Assembly: GCA_000405685.1 (NCBI GenBank)
Contig: ASPF01000006.1
Span: 1-56,092 of the forward strand
Length of the DNA stretch: 56,092 nucleotides
Reading direction: 5' to 3'
Source: Candidatus Geocrenenecus sp. JGI 0000106-J15
GTDB lineage: Archaea; Thermoproteota; Nitrososphaeria_A; Caldarchaeales; Wolframiiraptoraceae
A program made the position numbers and the translations under genes. Positions 7,810 to 17,811 of this stretch are shown here, in pieces. Under the pieces are notes generated by a model. It ran no database searches and was not told the origin of the DNA. It saw only the letters and a list, made by a program, of their open reading frames with translations. Position 1 is the first letter of the stretch, and every line of letters starts with the position of its first letter.

Positions 7810-10116
7810 ATGAATATTAGGCGGAGTCTTCTCCTGATCACCCTCATATCAATTGCAATGTTAGCATCCTCTCTAATCGGAGTGACGCATTCCCAAGAAG
7901 ACACTGTCCAAATAATTTTCTATATAGATACAGGTTTAGGCGGACCTATAATCATTAATGGGTGTAGTGGCTTCACTAGAATAGGAGAAAACGTAAGCTG
8001 TATTGTTGAATCTGAGATCACATACTATAATGATACAAAAATAGTTTTCAAAGGCTGGTATCAGAATCTCATAGATGGAAGCTTAGAACTAGTTACTGAA
8101 GAAAGAACTATAACGGTCACAGTCGGAGGAGAGCATCCCGAACAAAAATATACTGCATTGTATCAAGTCTATTATCTAATAGATCTTGATCTCGGTTATC
8201 AAAGAATTATTAGATGGAGACCAAGACATAGCTCATACACAATAACGGCGCAGGAGATCTGGATACCAGATAAAGGCGTAAAAAAGGTTTTTCTAGGTTG
8301 GGCTGGTGACATAACAGGTAGTAACCCAGAAATCTACATAGATAAGATTACTAGACCATTGATAGCTAAAGCGATATGGCAAACACAATACTATGTAGAT
8401 ATAATCTCGGAGTATCCCGTATCCGTGGAGAGCGGATGGTATAATGAAACCCAGAAGATCTATGTTAATCCTGTGGAACCTGTTATATATGAAAATAGCG
8501 GAGATACAAAGATCTTGCTTGAGAAATATCTTATAGATTATTGGCCTGGAGATAAAAATGACTTAGAAGTTAGTAAAGACTCTTTCGAGCTGGTGGTAGA
8601 TTCACCTTTAACGATAAAGGCGTTTTGGAAGAAACTTCACCACGTAGTTCTAGAATCAGATTACGTAAAACTAGTACTCCTTGATGAATGGATAAGAGAA
8701 AACGATAAGTTAATCTTTAATCAATTAGAACAAGAAATTATCTGGGTTAACGGTACTAGAATAGTCTTCGATAAATGGGTAAATGACATATCTTCACTCA
8801 ATAAAGACATAGAAGTCACGGTAACCAGTCCAATAAGAGCTCGGGCTATCTGGAGAGTCTACTATCTTGTCTCAGTAGAATCTTCTGAACCTGATATTAC
8901 TATAAAAGCTAATAAGCTAGGCTGGACTGAGAAGGGAAGTAACGTTGTTATTGATGCAACCCCCATAGAGAGAGAACTGGGGAAAGGAGTCAAGGCATTA
9001 TTTAGAGAATGGAGCGGAAACATTATAAGCGCAGACCCAGTATTAAAAATCTCAAACTTAAACTATCCAATAATAATTAAAGCATTATGGAATAAGAAGT
9101 ATCTTGTCACTATTGATGCACCTGAGAAGGCTGGCATGAAGAAAGAAACATGGATATTAGAGGATGAGAAGTACGTTATCGTAGCTCCAATACAAGTCTC
9201 TATAAATAATTCAACAAGAATGGTTTTCAATGATTGGAATGGATGCAGTATCGTCAAAGACAATGTATGTACTCTAAGCAATGTTAAACAGCCTCTAACA
9301 ATTAAAGCAAACTACTTCATAGAGAAGAGAGTAAGAATAGAAGCAATATCATTAAATAATGAGGTCATAGAAGACGTATATTTCATCATTAAACATGAAT
9401 CAGGTGAGATAAAGCAGCTGTCCTCAAGAAATATTGTATGGATAAAGATAGGAAGCTGGACAATTCAGAATGCTACTTGGAGAGAATACGATGTTACTTC
9501 AACAAGAGAATTTAAGATAACTGAAGACTCAAATGAATTCCTTAGAGTATCAGTAAGAATATTTAGATTATCATTTAAGATTAACGATTATCTAGGTTTC
9601 CCAGCTAAAGATGCAGCGATAATCATTAAAACAATTGATGGGAAAACAATATATGAAGGTAGAACAGATGAAAACGGGTTGTTAGAGAACGTCGGTCCCT
9701 TACCTCCATTAGACATGATTGCATACATCAATTACATGGACTATCAAATAATGAAAGATGTAAATATTAGGACTTCAAGCCCAATCTACATAACTGTACC
9801 TTTGTCTCAGACATTATTACAACTAATCATTGTTACACTTATAGCTGCCGGCTCACTAACTACTTTTACCATTATTAGGAGGATTCGAAAAGCAAGGAAG
9901 ATAATACCCACTGAAATACCTATACCGCCAGAGCTACCTCCTCCTACAATAAGCTTGGATGAAACTATTAAAGAAATTGAAGTTAGAAAAGCTACTTCGG
10001 TGACTCTTGAAGACGTACTAGAAAAACTAAAAGAAAGCGGTGAAAAACCTGAAGATATCTTAGGAGAACTAGTTGAAAAAGTTGAAGAGAAGAAAAAGGT
10101 GAGGAAAAGAAGATAA
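7810..10116 (+). CDS. Large secreted, membrane-anchored repeat protein (InlB B-repeat-like modules plus CarboxypepD_reg-like domain)
   Basis: Signal-like N-terminus 'LLLITLISIAMLASSLIG'. Six modules share [VIL]F.(G/D/E/N)W...A(I/L/F)W: KIVFKGW, KKVFLGWAGDI, YLIDYWPGD, RIVFDKWVNDI, KALFREWSGNI, RMVFNDWNGC. C-terminal TM segment 'LIIVTLIAAGSLTTFTII' is followed by a Pro-rich and E/K-rich tail. Confidence 0.6.
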   Translation: MNIRRSLLLITLISIAMLASSLIGVTHSQEDTVQIIFYIDTGLGGPIIINGCSGFTRIGENVSCIVESEITYYNDTKIVFKGWYQNLIDGSLELVTEERTITVTVGGEHPEQKYTALYQVYYLIDLDLGYQRIIRWRPRHSSYTITAQEIWIPDKGVKKVFLGWAGDITGSNPEIYIDKITRPLIAKAIWQTQYYVDIISEYPVSVESGWYNETQKIYVNPVEPVIYENSGDTKILLEKYLIDYWPGDKNDLEVSKDSFELVVDSPLTIKAFWKKLHHVVLESDYVKLVLLDEWIRENDKLIFNQLEQEIIWVNGTRIVFDKWVNDISSLNKDIEVTVTSPIRARAIWRVYYLVSVESSEPDITIKANKLGWTEKGSNVVIDATPIERELGKGVKALFREWSGNIISADPVLKISNLNYPIIIKALWNKKYLVTIDAPEKAGMKKETWILEDEKYVIVAPIQVSINNSTRMVFNDWNGCSIVKDNVCTLSNVKQPLTIKANYFIEKRVRIEAISLNNEVIEDVYFIIKHESGEIKQLSSRNIVWIKIGSWTIQNATWREYDVTSTREFKITEDSNEFLRVSVRIFRLSFKINDYLGFPAKDAAIIIKTIDGKTIYEGRTDENGLLENVGPLPPLDMIAYINYMDYQIMKDVNIRTSSPIYITVPLSQTLLQLIIVTLIAAGSLTTFTIIRRIRKARKIIPTEIPIPPELPPPTISLDETIKEIEVRKATSVTLEDVLEKLKESGEKPEDILGELVEKVEEKKKVRKRR

Positions 10117-10127
10117 AGTATAAAATA

Positions 10128-10997
10128 TTAGCTTCGGTAAGAGTATTTTAAGACTAGATCGTTAATCTTGACATTCAATCTCTCTGCTATCGGACTACAT
10201 TTAGCAATTAGTGGAAAGAATATATTTTTTCTATCTTCTAAAACCTCATAATTAGCCATGCCCTTTGAGATAATAAATTCATGCTGCTTGATTAAATGAT
10301 TTAATTCTTCAGAGTAAGGATGAATACCTGTATCTTCTTCACCATTTGAGGAAAGAACTATCGAAACGTTAGGCAAACTATCTAAACCTGCTGACACTAG
10401 ATCATCTATAGTAGCATCGTTTACAATCGCTCCACCTTTTACTACAATAGTTATACGGTTAAATTCTCTACCTCTAAGATCAAGTAATGTTTCTAAAAGC
10501 AGTCTATCAGTATAAATCTCTCCAGTATTATCTAAGAAATAAAGTAGATTATTAGAAGAATCTGCTGTCACTCTAAACCTATAATAGTCATTTATTGCTA
10601 AGCCTTTTCTGAATGCAGTTGTTAACATCTTCTCAAAATCAGATAAATCAACAGTAACTATATCTATTGTATTGCCTACGATAGACAGCTTAACAGCTGT
10701 TTCTAGCTTATCTTGACTAATATCAACTAGTTTCTTCATCATCGGGTAAAGATTTGATACAACCTGGTTACTGATCTTCTTTATCTCCTTAAAGGGATCA
10801 TTTACACCAGTGACTCTTCTAATCATCTTGAATAGTTCAAAAGAGATCTCAATAGGAGTCTTATCCCAGTTAGAGACAATTATCGAGAAAGCATTTAGTA
10901 GTATTTCTTTTCTAGATTGCTCATCTTTCCCAGCTAGTTTAGATGCGAGGTTCACAGTTCTAAGCATGCATGGAACACAATCGGTGGTCAGCTTCAT
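10128..10997 (-). CDS. DUF89 / ARMT1-like damage-control phosphatase family
   Basis: 289 aa. N-terminal 'DCVPCMLR', 'NDPFKEIK', 'LDNTGEI' and 'ISKGMANYE' fit DUF89. Confidence 0.7.
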   Translation of the reverse strand: MKLTTDCVPCMLRTVNLASKLAGKDEQSRKEILLNAFSIIVSNWDKTPIEISFELFKMIRRVTGVNDPFKEIKKISNQVVSNLYPMMKKLVDISQDKLETAVKLSIVGNTIDIVTVDLSDFEKMLTTAFRKGLAINDYYRFRVTADSSNNLLYFLDNTGEIYTDRLLLETLLDLRGREFNRITIVVKGGAIVNDATIDDLVSAGLDSLPNVSIVLSSNGEEDTGIHPYSEELNHLIKQHEFIISKGMANYEVLEDRKNIFFPLIAKCSPIAERLNVKINDLVLKYSYRS

Positions 10998-11026
10998 GAT
11001 TAGCCCACTACCTGAAAACGTCTAGG

Positions 11027-11293
11027 CTACTTGATATCGCCTGTCTCAGACATTTTCTTATCTTCGTATGGTGCAACATGCCTCCTATAGAATTCTTGAA
11101 TTACACAAGAAAGTACGCCAATTGCTCTATTGTAATTAAAGTATCTAGGAGGATATAAATGGAGAAGAAGTCTAAAGATGACATAGTTAATTTGTCCATC
11201 AAGATCTTCAACTGGAGTTTTTCTAAGCTCATCTATCAAGGCATCAATCTTAGGGTCCAGCCTCTCTCTATAATCTTTTTTAATATAAGGCAT
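11027..11293 (-). CDS. Small conserved hypothetical protein
   Basis: 88 aa. The 'INYVIFRLL...NRAIGVLSCVIQEFYRRHVAPYEDKK' pattern resembles a small family I remember from bacteria and phages. No function known to me. Confidence 0.45.
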   Translation of the reverse strand: MPYIKKDYRERLDPKIDALIDELRKTPVEDLDGQINYVIFRLLLHLYPPRYFNYNRAIGVLSCVIQEFYRRHVAPYEDKKMSETGDIK

Positions 11294-11345
11294 ACTTGGT
11301 AGTTTATTCTACTACTATATTTGTTTTATCTGAAGAGGGATCAGT

Positions 11346-12632
11346 CTACTCATTATTCTTTGAAAATAGCTGGAGTAGCTCTGACCAAGACAATAGATAG
11401 ACATCTAATCTACTTCCCTTCTCGATCTTCTCTATTTTCTTAGGAATCTTTATGAAGCCATTAGAAGTTATTAATGGTCTAATCATAGATGAATCTCCAA
11501 GAATAGGTCTAGCAATAAATTTATCCCCATTCTTGACCAGCTTTACAAAACGTATTCTCGTAAATGAAATGTACTCTCTGACATGTAGGTCTTCACCCAT
11601 TTCTGCAGATATTCTTGGAAATGATTCCTTAATCGGTAAACCCTGCATATAGGACAATAATGGAATCAATATGTTTATCACTCCACTGATAGTGGATTGA
11701 ACATGTCCTGGAAGCAGTATAACAGGTTTTCCATCAATTAGTACTATGCTGGTTGCCCGACCTGGCTGGACTTCTAATCCTCTAGCTATTGGTATACTAC
11801 TTGGTAGCTTAGATAAAGTTATCCAACATAGATCTCTAGGTCCAAGTGAGACTCCTCCAATAGTTACACAGACATCGTTTTCTCTAAGAGAACTCTTAAC
11901 AACTTCAACTATCTGATCAGGAGAATCGGGAACTGTGTTAAATCTTGTAGGAATTCCACCGTATTCCTCAACATAATAAGAGACCATAATTGAAGATGTT
12001 TCAAGTTTTTTTCCATTGGTCTCCTTGATGTTTGATGTTAATTCGTCTCCAACACCTATTAATGCAACCCTAGGCTTAGCATAAACTTTCACTCTATATC
12101 TTCCAATATCTAGTAGATATTTTATAGTTTGTGGTCGGATGATATCTCCTCTCTTCTGAACGACTTCTCCACTCTGTATATCTGCTCCTTCGAATGTCAC
12201 ATACTCTCCCTTCTTGATAGATTCTAGAATCTCTATGTATTCTCCATGCAGTCTAGTTCTCTCAACAGGTATTACTGCATCAGCATTCTTCGGTATTCTA
12301 GATCCTGTTACAACATAGACGGCTTCTCCCTCCTTAATCTCTAGGTTATGTTCTCTGATGGAATCTATTCTTCCTGCAATTTTTAATCTTACTGGATTAA
12401 TTGTAGACGCTCCTGAAGTATCAGAGCTTCTAACAGCATATCCATCAAAATGAGCAATACTCTCTCTCGGCAGAGAGATGGTAGAAATTATATCTTCAGC
12501 TAAAACATAACCTAACGATTCTTGAACATCTCTATCTATAATCCTAGGAGACAGCCTAGAAATATTCAGGATTCTTTCCAGCGCCTTATCTGGTGAAACA
12601 TACTTAAAATATTTCTCAATTTGTTCATCCAT
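11346..12632 (-). CDS. moeA: Molybdopterin molybdenumtransferase MoeA
   Basis: 428 aa with four-domain MoeA length. 'FDGYAVRS' and 'TIGGVSLGPRD' motifs. Confidence 0.85.
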   Translation of the reverse strand: MDEQIEKYFKYVSPDKALERILNISRLSPRIIDRDVQESLGYVLAEDIISTISLPRESIAHFDGYAVRSSDTSGASTINPVRLKIAGRIDSIREHNLEIKEGEAVYVVTGSRIPKNADAVIPVERTRLHGEYIEILESIKKGEYVTFEGADIQSGEVVQKRGDIIRPQTIKYLLDIGRYRVKVYAKPRVALIGVGDELTSNIKETNGKKLETSSIMVSYYVEEYGGIPTRFNTVPDSPDQIVEVVKSSLRENDVCVTIGGVSLGPRDLCWITLSKLPSSIPIARGLEVQPGRATSIVLIDGKPVILLPGHVQSTISGVINILIPLLSYMQGLPIKESFPRISAEMGEDLHVREYISFTRIRFVKLVKNGDKFIARPILGDSSMIRPLITSNGFIKIPKKIEKIEKGSRLDVYLLSWSELLQLFSKNNE

Positions 12633-12826
12633 ACTGCAAACAAGCCTCCAGCTTACTAATATTTAATGATTCTATAATTTTGCAGATATGTTTACAAACA
12701 TAGTGTAAGAACAAAAAGTCAACTGAGAATCTTTTTATAGATAGAACATAAGTATAGAATAGAAAGAATAACATTGAAGATATGAGGGGAGGTTAATAAG
12801 GAAGCGCCAATGCTATTCTATCTAGT

Positions 12827-13312
12827 ATGGGAGACCCGAAGAGGCCTAGAAAACAATATGAGACGCCTGGTCATCCATGGAAGTCGGATAGGTTATCTAA
12901 TGAGCTTCAGCTTCTTGGAGAGTATGGTTTAAGAAATAAGAGGGAGCTCTGGAGAGCAGAAACTATTCTTAGAAAGATTAGAGCACAAGCTAGATCTTTA
13001 TTCGTCCTCACAGGTGAGAAGAGAATTCAAGAAGAGAATAGGCTCATACAGAGACTATATAAGATGGGGCTTGTAGATCAGAATGCGACTGCAGACGATA
13101 TATTAAAACTAAATGTTAGAGATATCCTAGAAAGAAGACTTCAAACAGTTGTGTTCAAGCTTGGATATGCTAAGAGTATCCATCAGGCAAGGCAGCTAAT
13201 AGCTCATGGTCATGTCTACATCAAAGAGAACAAAGTTAAATCTCCAAGTTACCATTTAATGAGAGGAGAAGAAATATATATAAGAGTTACAGTACCTTTA
13301 GAAGCAAAATAG
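12827..13312 (+). CDS. rps4: 30S ribosomal protein S4 (uS4)
   Basis: 'MGDPKRPRKQYETPGHPW' and 'EYGLRNKRELWRAE', with an S4 RNA-binding domain at the C-terminus. Confidence 0.9.
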   Translation: MGDPKRPRKQYETPGHPWKSDRLSNELQLLGEYGLRNKRELWRAETILRKIRAQARSLFVLTGEKRIQEENRLIQRLYKMGLVDQNATADDILKLNVRDILERRLQTVVFKLGYAKSIHQARQLIAHGHVYIKENKVKSPSYHLMRGEEIYIRVTVPLEAK

Positions 13313-13383
13313 CAATCTACCGATTTAATCTTCCTAGTTGACCGATAAGTTGTTTTTCAAATTCTTCTGCCATTAGCTATTTA

Positions 13384-13917
13384 TCACGACTTGGCTAGAT
13401 AGACGAAATGTGGAAATTCATTGAGAAATATCTTGAATGCGAGTTCCACCCCCCTGGGAGAGCCTGGAAGACATACTACAACTTTTCCTGAATAAACACC
13501 TGCTGTAGCTCTCGTTAAAACTGCTGCTGCACCTATTTGTTTATAACTCTCAAGTCTGAATATCTCTCCGAAACCTTCAGCTTCCTTATCAAGTAGCGGT
13601 TTAACAGCTTCGATAGTGACGTCTCTACTGGTTAGACCAGTCCCTCCCATGAAGACTACTACATCTACATCTCTCTTAATGGCGTTTGTAAGAGTCTTTC
13701 TAATCATATTGATGTCATCATCTAAGACATCGGTTTCAATTATCTCATGATTTCTTTCATTAATGAGTTTAATAGCTATATCCATTGTCTCATCTTCATA
13801 CGGTTTCTTCTCAATCTTTAATCTATATCTTGAAGAACTAACAGTATAGAGCATGAATCTTAGCTTCTGAGGACTTTTATGTCTATGTTCTTCATAAGGT
13901 TTAGCCGACTGCATCAT
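13384..13917 (-). CDS. moaB: Molybdenum cofactor biosynthesis protein B (MoaB/MogA family)
   Basis: 'VVFMGGTGLTSRDVT' and 'VVCLPGSP'. Overlaps the moaC 3' end by 17 nt. Confidence 0.85.
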   Translation of the reverse strand: MMQSAKPYEEHRHKSPQKLRFMLYTVSSSRYRLKIEKKPYEDETMDIAIKLINERNHEIIETDVLDDDINMIRKTLTNAIKRDVDVVVFMGGTGLTSRDVTIEAVKPLLDKEAEGFGEIFRLESYKQIGAAAVLTRATAGVYSGKVVVCLPGSPRGVELAFKIFLNEFPHFVYLAKS

Positions 13918-14362
13918 TCTTCACTTTTCTAACCACTCTTATATCAGTGATCACAGTATCAGGATACTGTCCATCAGCTGTCTTCTCATACATTTTCACT
14001 GCATCCCATATATTAAGTAGAGCTATACTTACTGCAGTTAATGCCTCCATCTCAACCCCTGTCCTCTCTGTAGCTTCAACTAAGACCTCAACCTCTATGC
14101 CTTGACCATTAATCTTTGAATTTACTTCTACATAGTCAAGTCTTAATGGATGGCATAGAGGAAGAAGTATAGATGTAAATTTAGCAGAATTTATTCCTGT
14201 TATTCTAGCAAGCTGTAATGGATCCCCCTTCTCGATGTTTCCAGACTTTATTCTCTCTATAGTTTCTCGGCGGAGTTTTATGAATCCTCTAGCAACAGCA
14301 GTTCTCTTAACTAAAGGTTTACCAGAAATATCTACCTGCTTTATTTCAGAAGGCATAAACAT
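13901..14362 (-). CDS. moaC: Cyclic pyranopterin monophosphate synthase MoaC
   Basis: 'LLPLCHPL' and 'TGVEMEALTAVSIALLNIWD'. Confidence 0.9.
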   Translation of the reverse strand: MFMPSEIKQVDISGKPLVKRTAVARGFIKLRRETIERIKSGNIEKGDPLQLARITGINSAKFTSILLPLCHPLRLDYVEVNSKINGQGIEVEVLVEATERTGVEMEALTAVSIALLNIWDAVKMYEKTADGQYPDTVITDIRVVRKVKNDAVG

Positions 14363-14454
14363 ACTATCTAAAGAGCATTCTTAAAGATATTCTTGGCTGA
14401 GCTTAAGCCTTGGAGAAAAAGATTTAACTAACTTATGAAGAAGTTATAAGGGTT

Positions 14455-14946
14455 ATGAAGATTCTGTGGGCACCGTGGAGGATGAAATATATTAGAAGAT
14501 TCGAGGATAAAGAAGATAATGGATGTATCTTCTGTAGAGGGATCCAGCAAAACAATGATAGAGAGAATCTTATCTTATACAGAGGTAAACACTGCTTTGT
14601 CATCTTGAATAAGTATCCATACAACTCTGGGCATTTGATGATCGCACCGCTTAGGCATATAGGAGAATTAGAGAAGCTAAGTGAAGAAGAATTAAATGAG
14701 TTGATGAGATTAACTGTTTTATGTGTTAAGATACTTAAGAAAGAGTATAGACCGAGCGGATTAAATGTTGGTGTAAATATAGGTAGAGCAGCAGGCGCTG
14801 GCATAGAAGACCACATACATCTTCATATAGTTCCTAGATGGGTTGGAGATACAAACTTCATGCCTATAATATCTGAGACAAAAATAATGCCTGAGCTACC
14901 TCTAGAAACATATGATAGACTGAAGAAGTATTTTAGAGAGAAATAG
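14455..14946 (+). CDS. HIT-family nucleotide hydrolase/transferase
   Basis: 'LWAPWRMKYI' N-terminus and histidine triad 'HIHLHIVPRW'. Confidence 0.8.
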   Translation: MKILWAPWRMKYIRRFEDKEDNGCIFCRGIQQNNDRENLILYRGKHCFVILNKYPYNSGHLMIAPLRHIGELEKLSEEELNELMRLTVLCVKILKKEYRPSGLNVGVNIGRAAGAGIEDHIHLHIVPRWVGDTNFMPIISETKIMPELPLETYDRLKKYFREK

Positions 14947-15931
14947 ATTGAGTTCCTCTAGCTATTCTATCAGAATCTAATGAAAAGTATACTGAGGATT
15001 CGTCAGCTAATAATGATACACGGCTGGGCATATCATTGGAAACAACTTTATAATTTATTAATATAGATAGTTTTCTAGAGAAATCTAATATATCTTCCAT
15101 AGTTGGCATAGCTTCTCTAGGAAGCCTCTTCTGGCTCTCTCCTACATGCATATACGCTTTACATTCTACATAGTCTGGTCTCGCAATCTTTATAAGTGAA
15201 GCATACTTCTCAACATCCTTCATATTGTATCCTTTGATAAGCGTCAACCTTATAACTTTCCTAGACCTATTAAAGCTTGGCATCAGCCTTATACTCTCGT
15301 TAAGTCTAGTCCAGCTATCATGTATAAGAGGTCTACATATTCTAATATGTGTTTCAAGGTCTGGACCATAAAGGCTAATGTAGAGATTTGTTGGTTGCGC
15401 ATCTTTATTGATTAGGTTTTCTAATCTTGACGTTAATGACGCATTAGTTACAAGGAATGTTGTCATTCCACGAGTATGTGCAAGCTTGATCAAATCAGCT
15501 AAGTATGGATAAAGTGTTGGCTCACCATCTAAGGAGATAGCAATATTATTTGGTTCTAAAGCCTCTTTGAATAGCTTTTTATCAACATCTGGATTTCCTT
15601 TAAATCCTGAAAGAAGCTGCCTCTGTTCTAAGATAAGCTTATCCAATATTTCTTCTGGATAATCCCATTCACCTTCGTATACAGCAATTCTGTTGATAGT
15701 ATGGAATCTCCAGCAAAATATACACATCATGTTACAATATTGAAGACTTGGAGTCATCTGGAGACATCTATGACTCTCTACTCCATACCAGCTCTTGTAG
15801 CAGTGTTTGCCACCTCTAAGAACATTCTTAGTCCAATGGCAGATCTTAACAGCAGAGTGGCGTCCAATTATCCTATATCCACTCTTCTTCAACCTATCTA
15901 CATCATCAATATATGTCCTCGCTGTAATCAT
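14933..15931 (-). CDS. taw1: tRNA 4-demethylwyosine synthase (Taw1/TYW1, radical SAM)
   Basis: Radical-SAM cluster 'CNMMCIFCWR', an upstream Cys-rich region ('KICHWTK...HCYK...HRC'), and TYW1-like length. Confidence 0.8.
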   Translation of the reverse strand: MITARTYIDDVDRLKKSGYRIIGRHSAVKICHWTKNVLRGGKHCYKSWYGVESHRCLQMTPSLQYCNMMCIFCWRFHTINRIAVYEGEWDYPEEILDKLILEQRQLLSGFKGNPDVDKKLFKEALEPNNIAISLDGEPTLYPYLADLIKLAHTRGMTTFLVTNASLTSRLENLINKDAQPTNLYISLYGPDLETHIRICRPLIHDSWTRLNESIRLMPSFNRSRKVIRLTLIKGYNMKDVEKYASLIKIARPDYVECKAYMHVGESQKRLPREAMPTMEDILDFSRKLSILINYKVVSNDMPSRVSLLADESSVYFSLDSDRIARGTQSISL

Positions 15932-15974
15932 TCATCCACCCTTAGACTATTAATATCATACAATGTAATTAAGG

Positions 15975-16790
15975 TTAAGGATCTTCTTTAAGATTTAGTA
16001 TTTCAATAGCTAATTCATCATTAGGTGCTGCTATAACTCCAAAGTTCTTACCAGCTGAAAGATCTACCTCCTCAGTTACTCCTTCTACGGTAAGTATTCT
16101 GTATGTTCCTCCCGCTAGCTTCAACAAGAATACAGGGGCCAGAAAGTCGAATGGTCTTAGATATGGTCCTAGACAGACATATCCATCTACTCGGCCAGCT
16201 ATAACGTAGCATATCTCTAAAGCTGTCGAGGCTAGGAAAGATGAGAAACCAGAATTAGATATAATTTTTTCAGTCCACTTCCTGTATCTTTCATCTCTGA
16301 TAGAACCCATACATACAATTAAGTAGGAATCTTTGAGCGAACGTACATTCGTGAGTTTCGGCTCGCCGCCAGACGCTATCACTGTGCCGTCTTTTTCGCC
16401 TATATATAATTCTCCGCTTACATGATCTATTACTCCTCCCACGATTATATCTCTAGAATTCATGGTTTTAGAAATAACTAATGTGGTTGAGTAGATCGGT
16501 ATACCTCTAGAAGCATTTCTACTTCCATCAACTGGGTCTATTAAGACATAGTAGTCAGGGTTGCCTGAGCCTGTTACTCCTAGTTCTTCTGAGATTATTG
16601 CTACATTTTTTAGTTTTTCAGTTATTATGTCTATTATTGTTCTCTCTGCTACCAAGTCAAAAGTATATGACCTATCTCCATATGCTCCAATGCTCCTAGG
16701 CTTAAGCCCCCAGCCAGACTTTATTGACTCTAGAACTATATCTCTCACTACCTCTAGGGCTTCTTCTGTCAACTTCAGCAGGTCTACCAT
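15975..16790 (-). CDS. suhB: Inositol monophosphatase / fructose-1,6-bisphosphatase family protein
   Basis: 'ISEE' and 'LIDPVDGSRN' metal-binding motifs. 271 aa. Confidence 0.8.
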   Translation of the reverse strand: MVDLLKLTEEALEVVRDIVLESIKSGWGLKPRSIGAYGDRSYTFDLVAERTIIDIITEKLKNVAIISEELGVTGSGNPDYYVLIDPVDGSRNASRGIPIYSTTLVISKTMNSRDIIVGGVIDHVSGELYIGEKDGTVIASGGEPKLTNVRSLKDSYLIVCMGSIRDERYRKWTEKIISNSGFSSFLASTALEICYVIAGRVDGYVCLGPYLRPFDFLAPVFLLKLAGGTYRILTVEGVTEEVDLSAGKNFGVIAAPNDELAIEILNLKEDP

Positions 16791-16791
16791 C

Positions 16792-17811
16792 TTATATCAT
16801 CTTAACAGAGTGTAGTGCTCTTATTTTAACTACATCTCGATTATAAAGATTGTCTGGTTCTTCGCCTCTCAGAATCTTGATTATTCCTTCAGCAGCATAC
16901 TGAGCCATTCTATTTCTAGTATCATATGATGCGCTGCCTATATGTGGTGTAAGAACAACATTCGGTAAGTTTACTAATGGACTATCAGGGGGAAGAGGCT
17001 CATACTCGAAGACATCTAATCCTGCTCCTGCAATCCATCCTTCTTTTAATGCTTTCACTAAAGCTTTTTCATCAACTACAGGGCCACGTGAAGTATTGAT
17101 TAAGATAGCTGTAGACTTCATCATTCTGAGTTCTTTTTCACTAATTAAGTGTCTAGTCTCAGATGTTAGAGGAACGTGGATTGAGATGAAATCTGACTCT
17201 TTTAAGAGTTGAGATAGCTCCATGTATTCTATTCCAAGCTCATTCTCTAGTTCTCGTCTACGTGTAACGTCGTAATAGTAGACCTTCATATTGAAGCCTT
17301 TAGCTCTCTTAGCTACGGCTACCCCTATTCTTCCTAAACCTATTATCCCCAGCTTCTTGCCATGTACGTCATATCCAAGCATCATCGTTGGAGCCCAAGC
17401 CAGCTTCCATTTACCTTCTCTAATCATTCTATCACATTCAACAATTCTCCTAGCAGACGCTAACATTAAAGCAAAAGCTAGATCGGCTGTTGTCTCTGTG
17501 AGAACTCCAGGTGTATGTACAATATAAATGCCTCGGCTTGTTGCATATTCTACATCTATATGGTCTACACCTACACTCATAGTTCCAATGACTTTTAATC
17601 TAGGTGATGCATCCATAACTTCTTTATCAATTTTCTCGTTAAGTGTACAATAGATCGCATCAACATTTACTACATTTTTCAGTATATCTTCTTTTTTTGG
17701 AGGTGGCACCTCATCCCGATAAACTACTTCACAATACTGCTTAAGTAATACTAAAGCTACTTCAGGAATAGTCCTAGTAACATAGACTATAGGTTTCATC
17801 TTACTTCTCAC
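16792..17811 (-). CDS. gyaR: Glyoxylate reductase / D-2-hydroxyacid dehydrogenase
   Basis: 'GIIGLGRIGVAVAKRA' NAD fold, 'INTSRGPVVDEKAL', 'AGLDVFEYEP' and 'TPHIGSAS'. Collinear with archaeal GyaR as I remember it. Confidence 0.85.
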   Translation of the reverse strand: MRSKMKPIVYVTRTIPEVALVLLKQYCEVVYRDEVPPPKKEDILKNVVNVDAIYCTLNEKIDKEVMDASPRLKVIGTMSVGVDHIDVEYATSRGIYIVHTPGVLTETTADLAFALMLASARRIVECDRMIREGKWKLAWAPTMMLGYDVHGKKLGIIGLGRIGVAVAKRAKGFNMKVYYYDVTRRRELENELGIEYMELSQLLKESDFISIHVPLTSETRHLISEKELRMMKSTAILINTSRGPVVDEKALVKALKEGWIAGAGLDVFEYEPLPPDSPLVNLPNVVLTPHIGSASYDTRNRMAQYAAEGIIKILRGEEPDNLYNRDVVKIRALHSVKMI

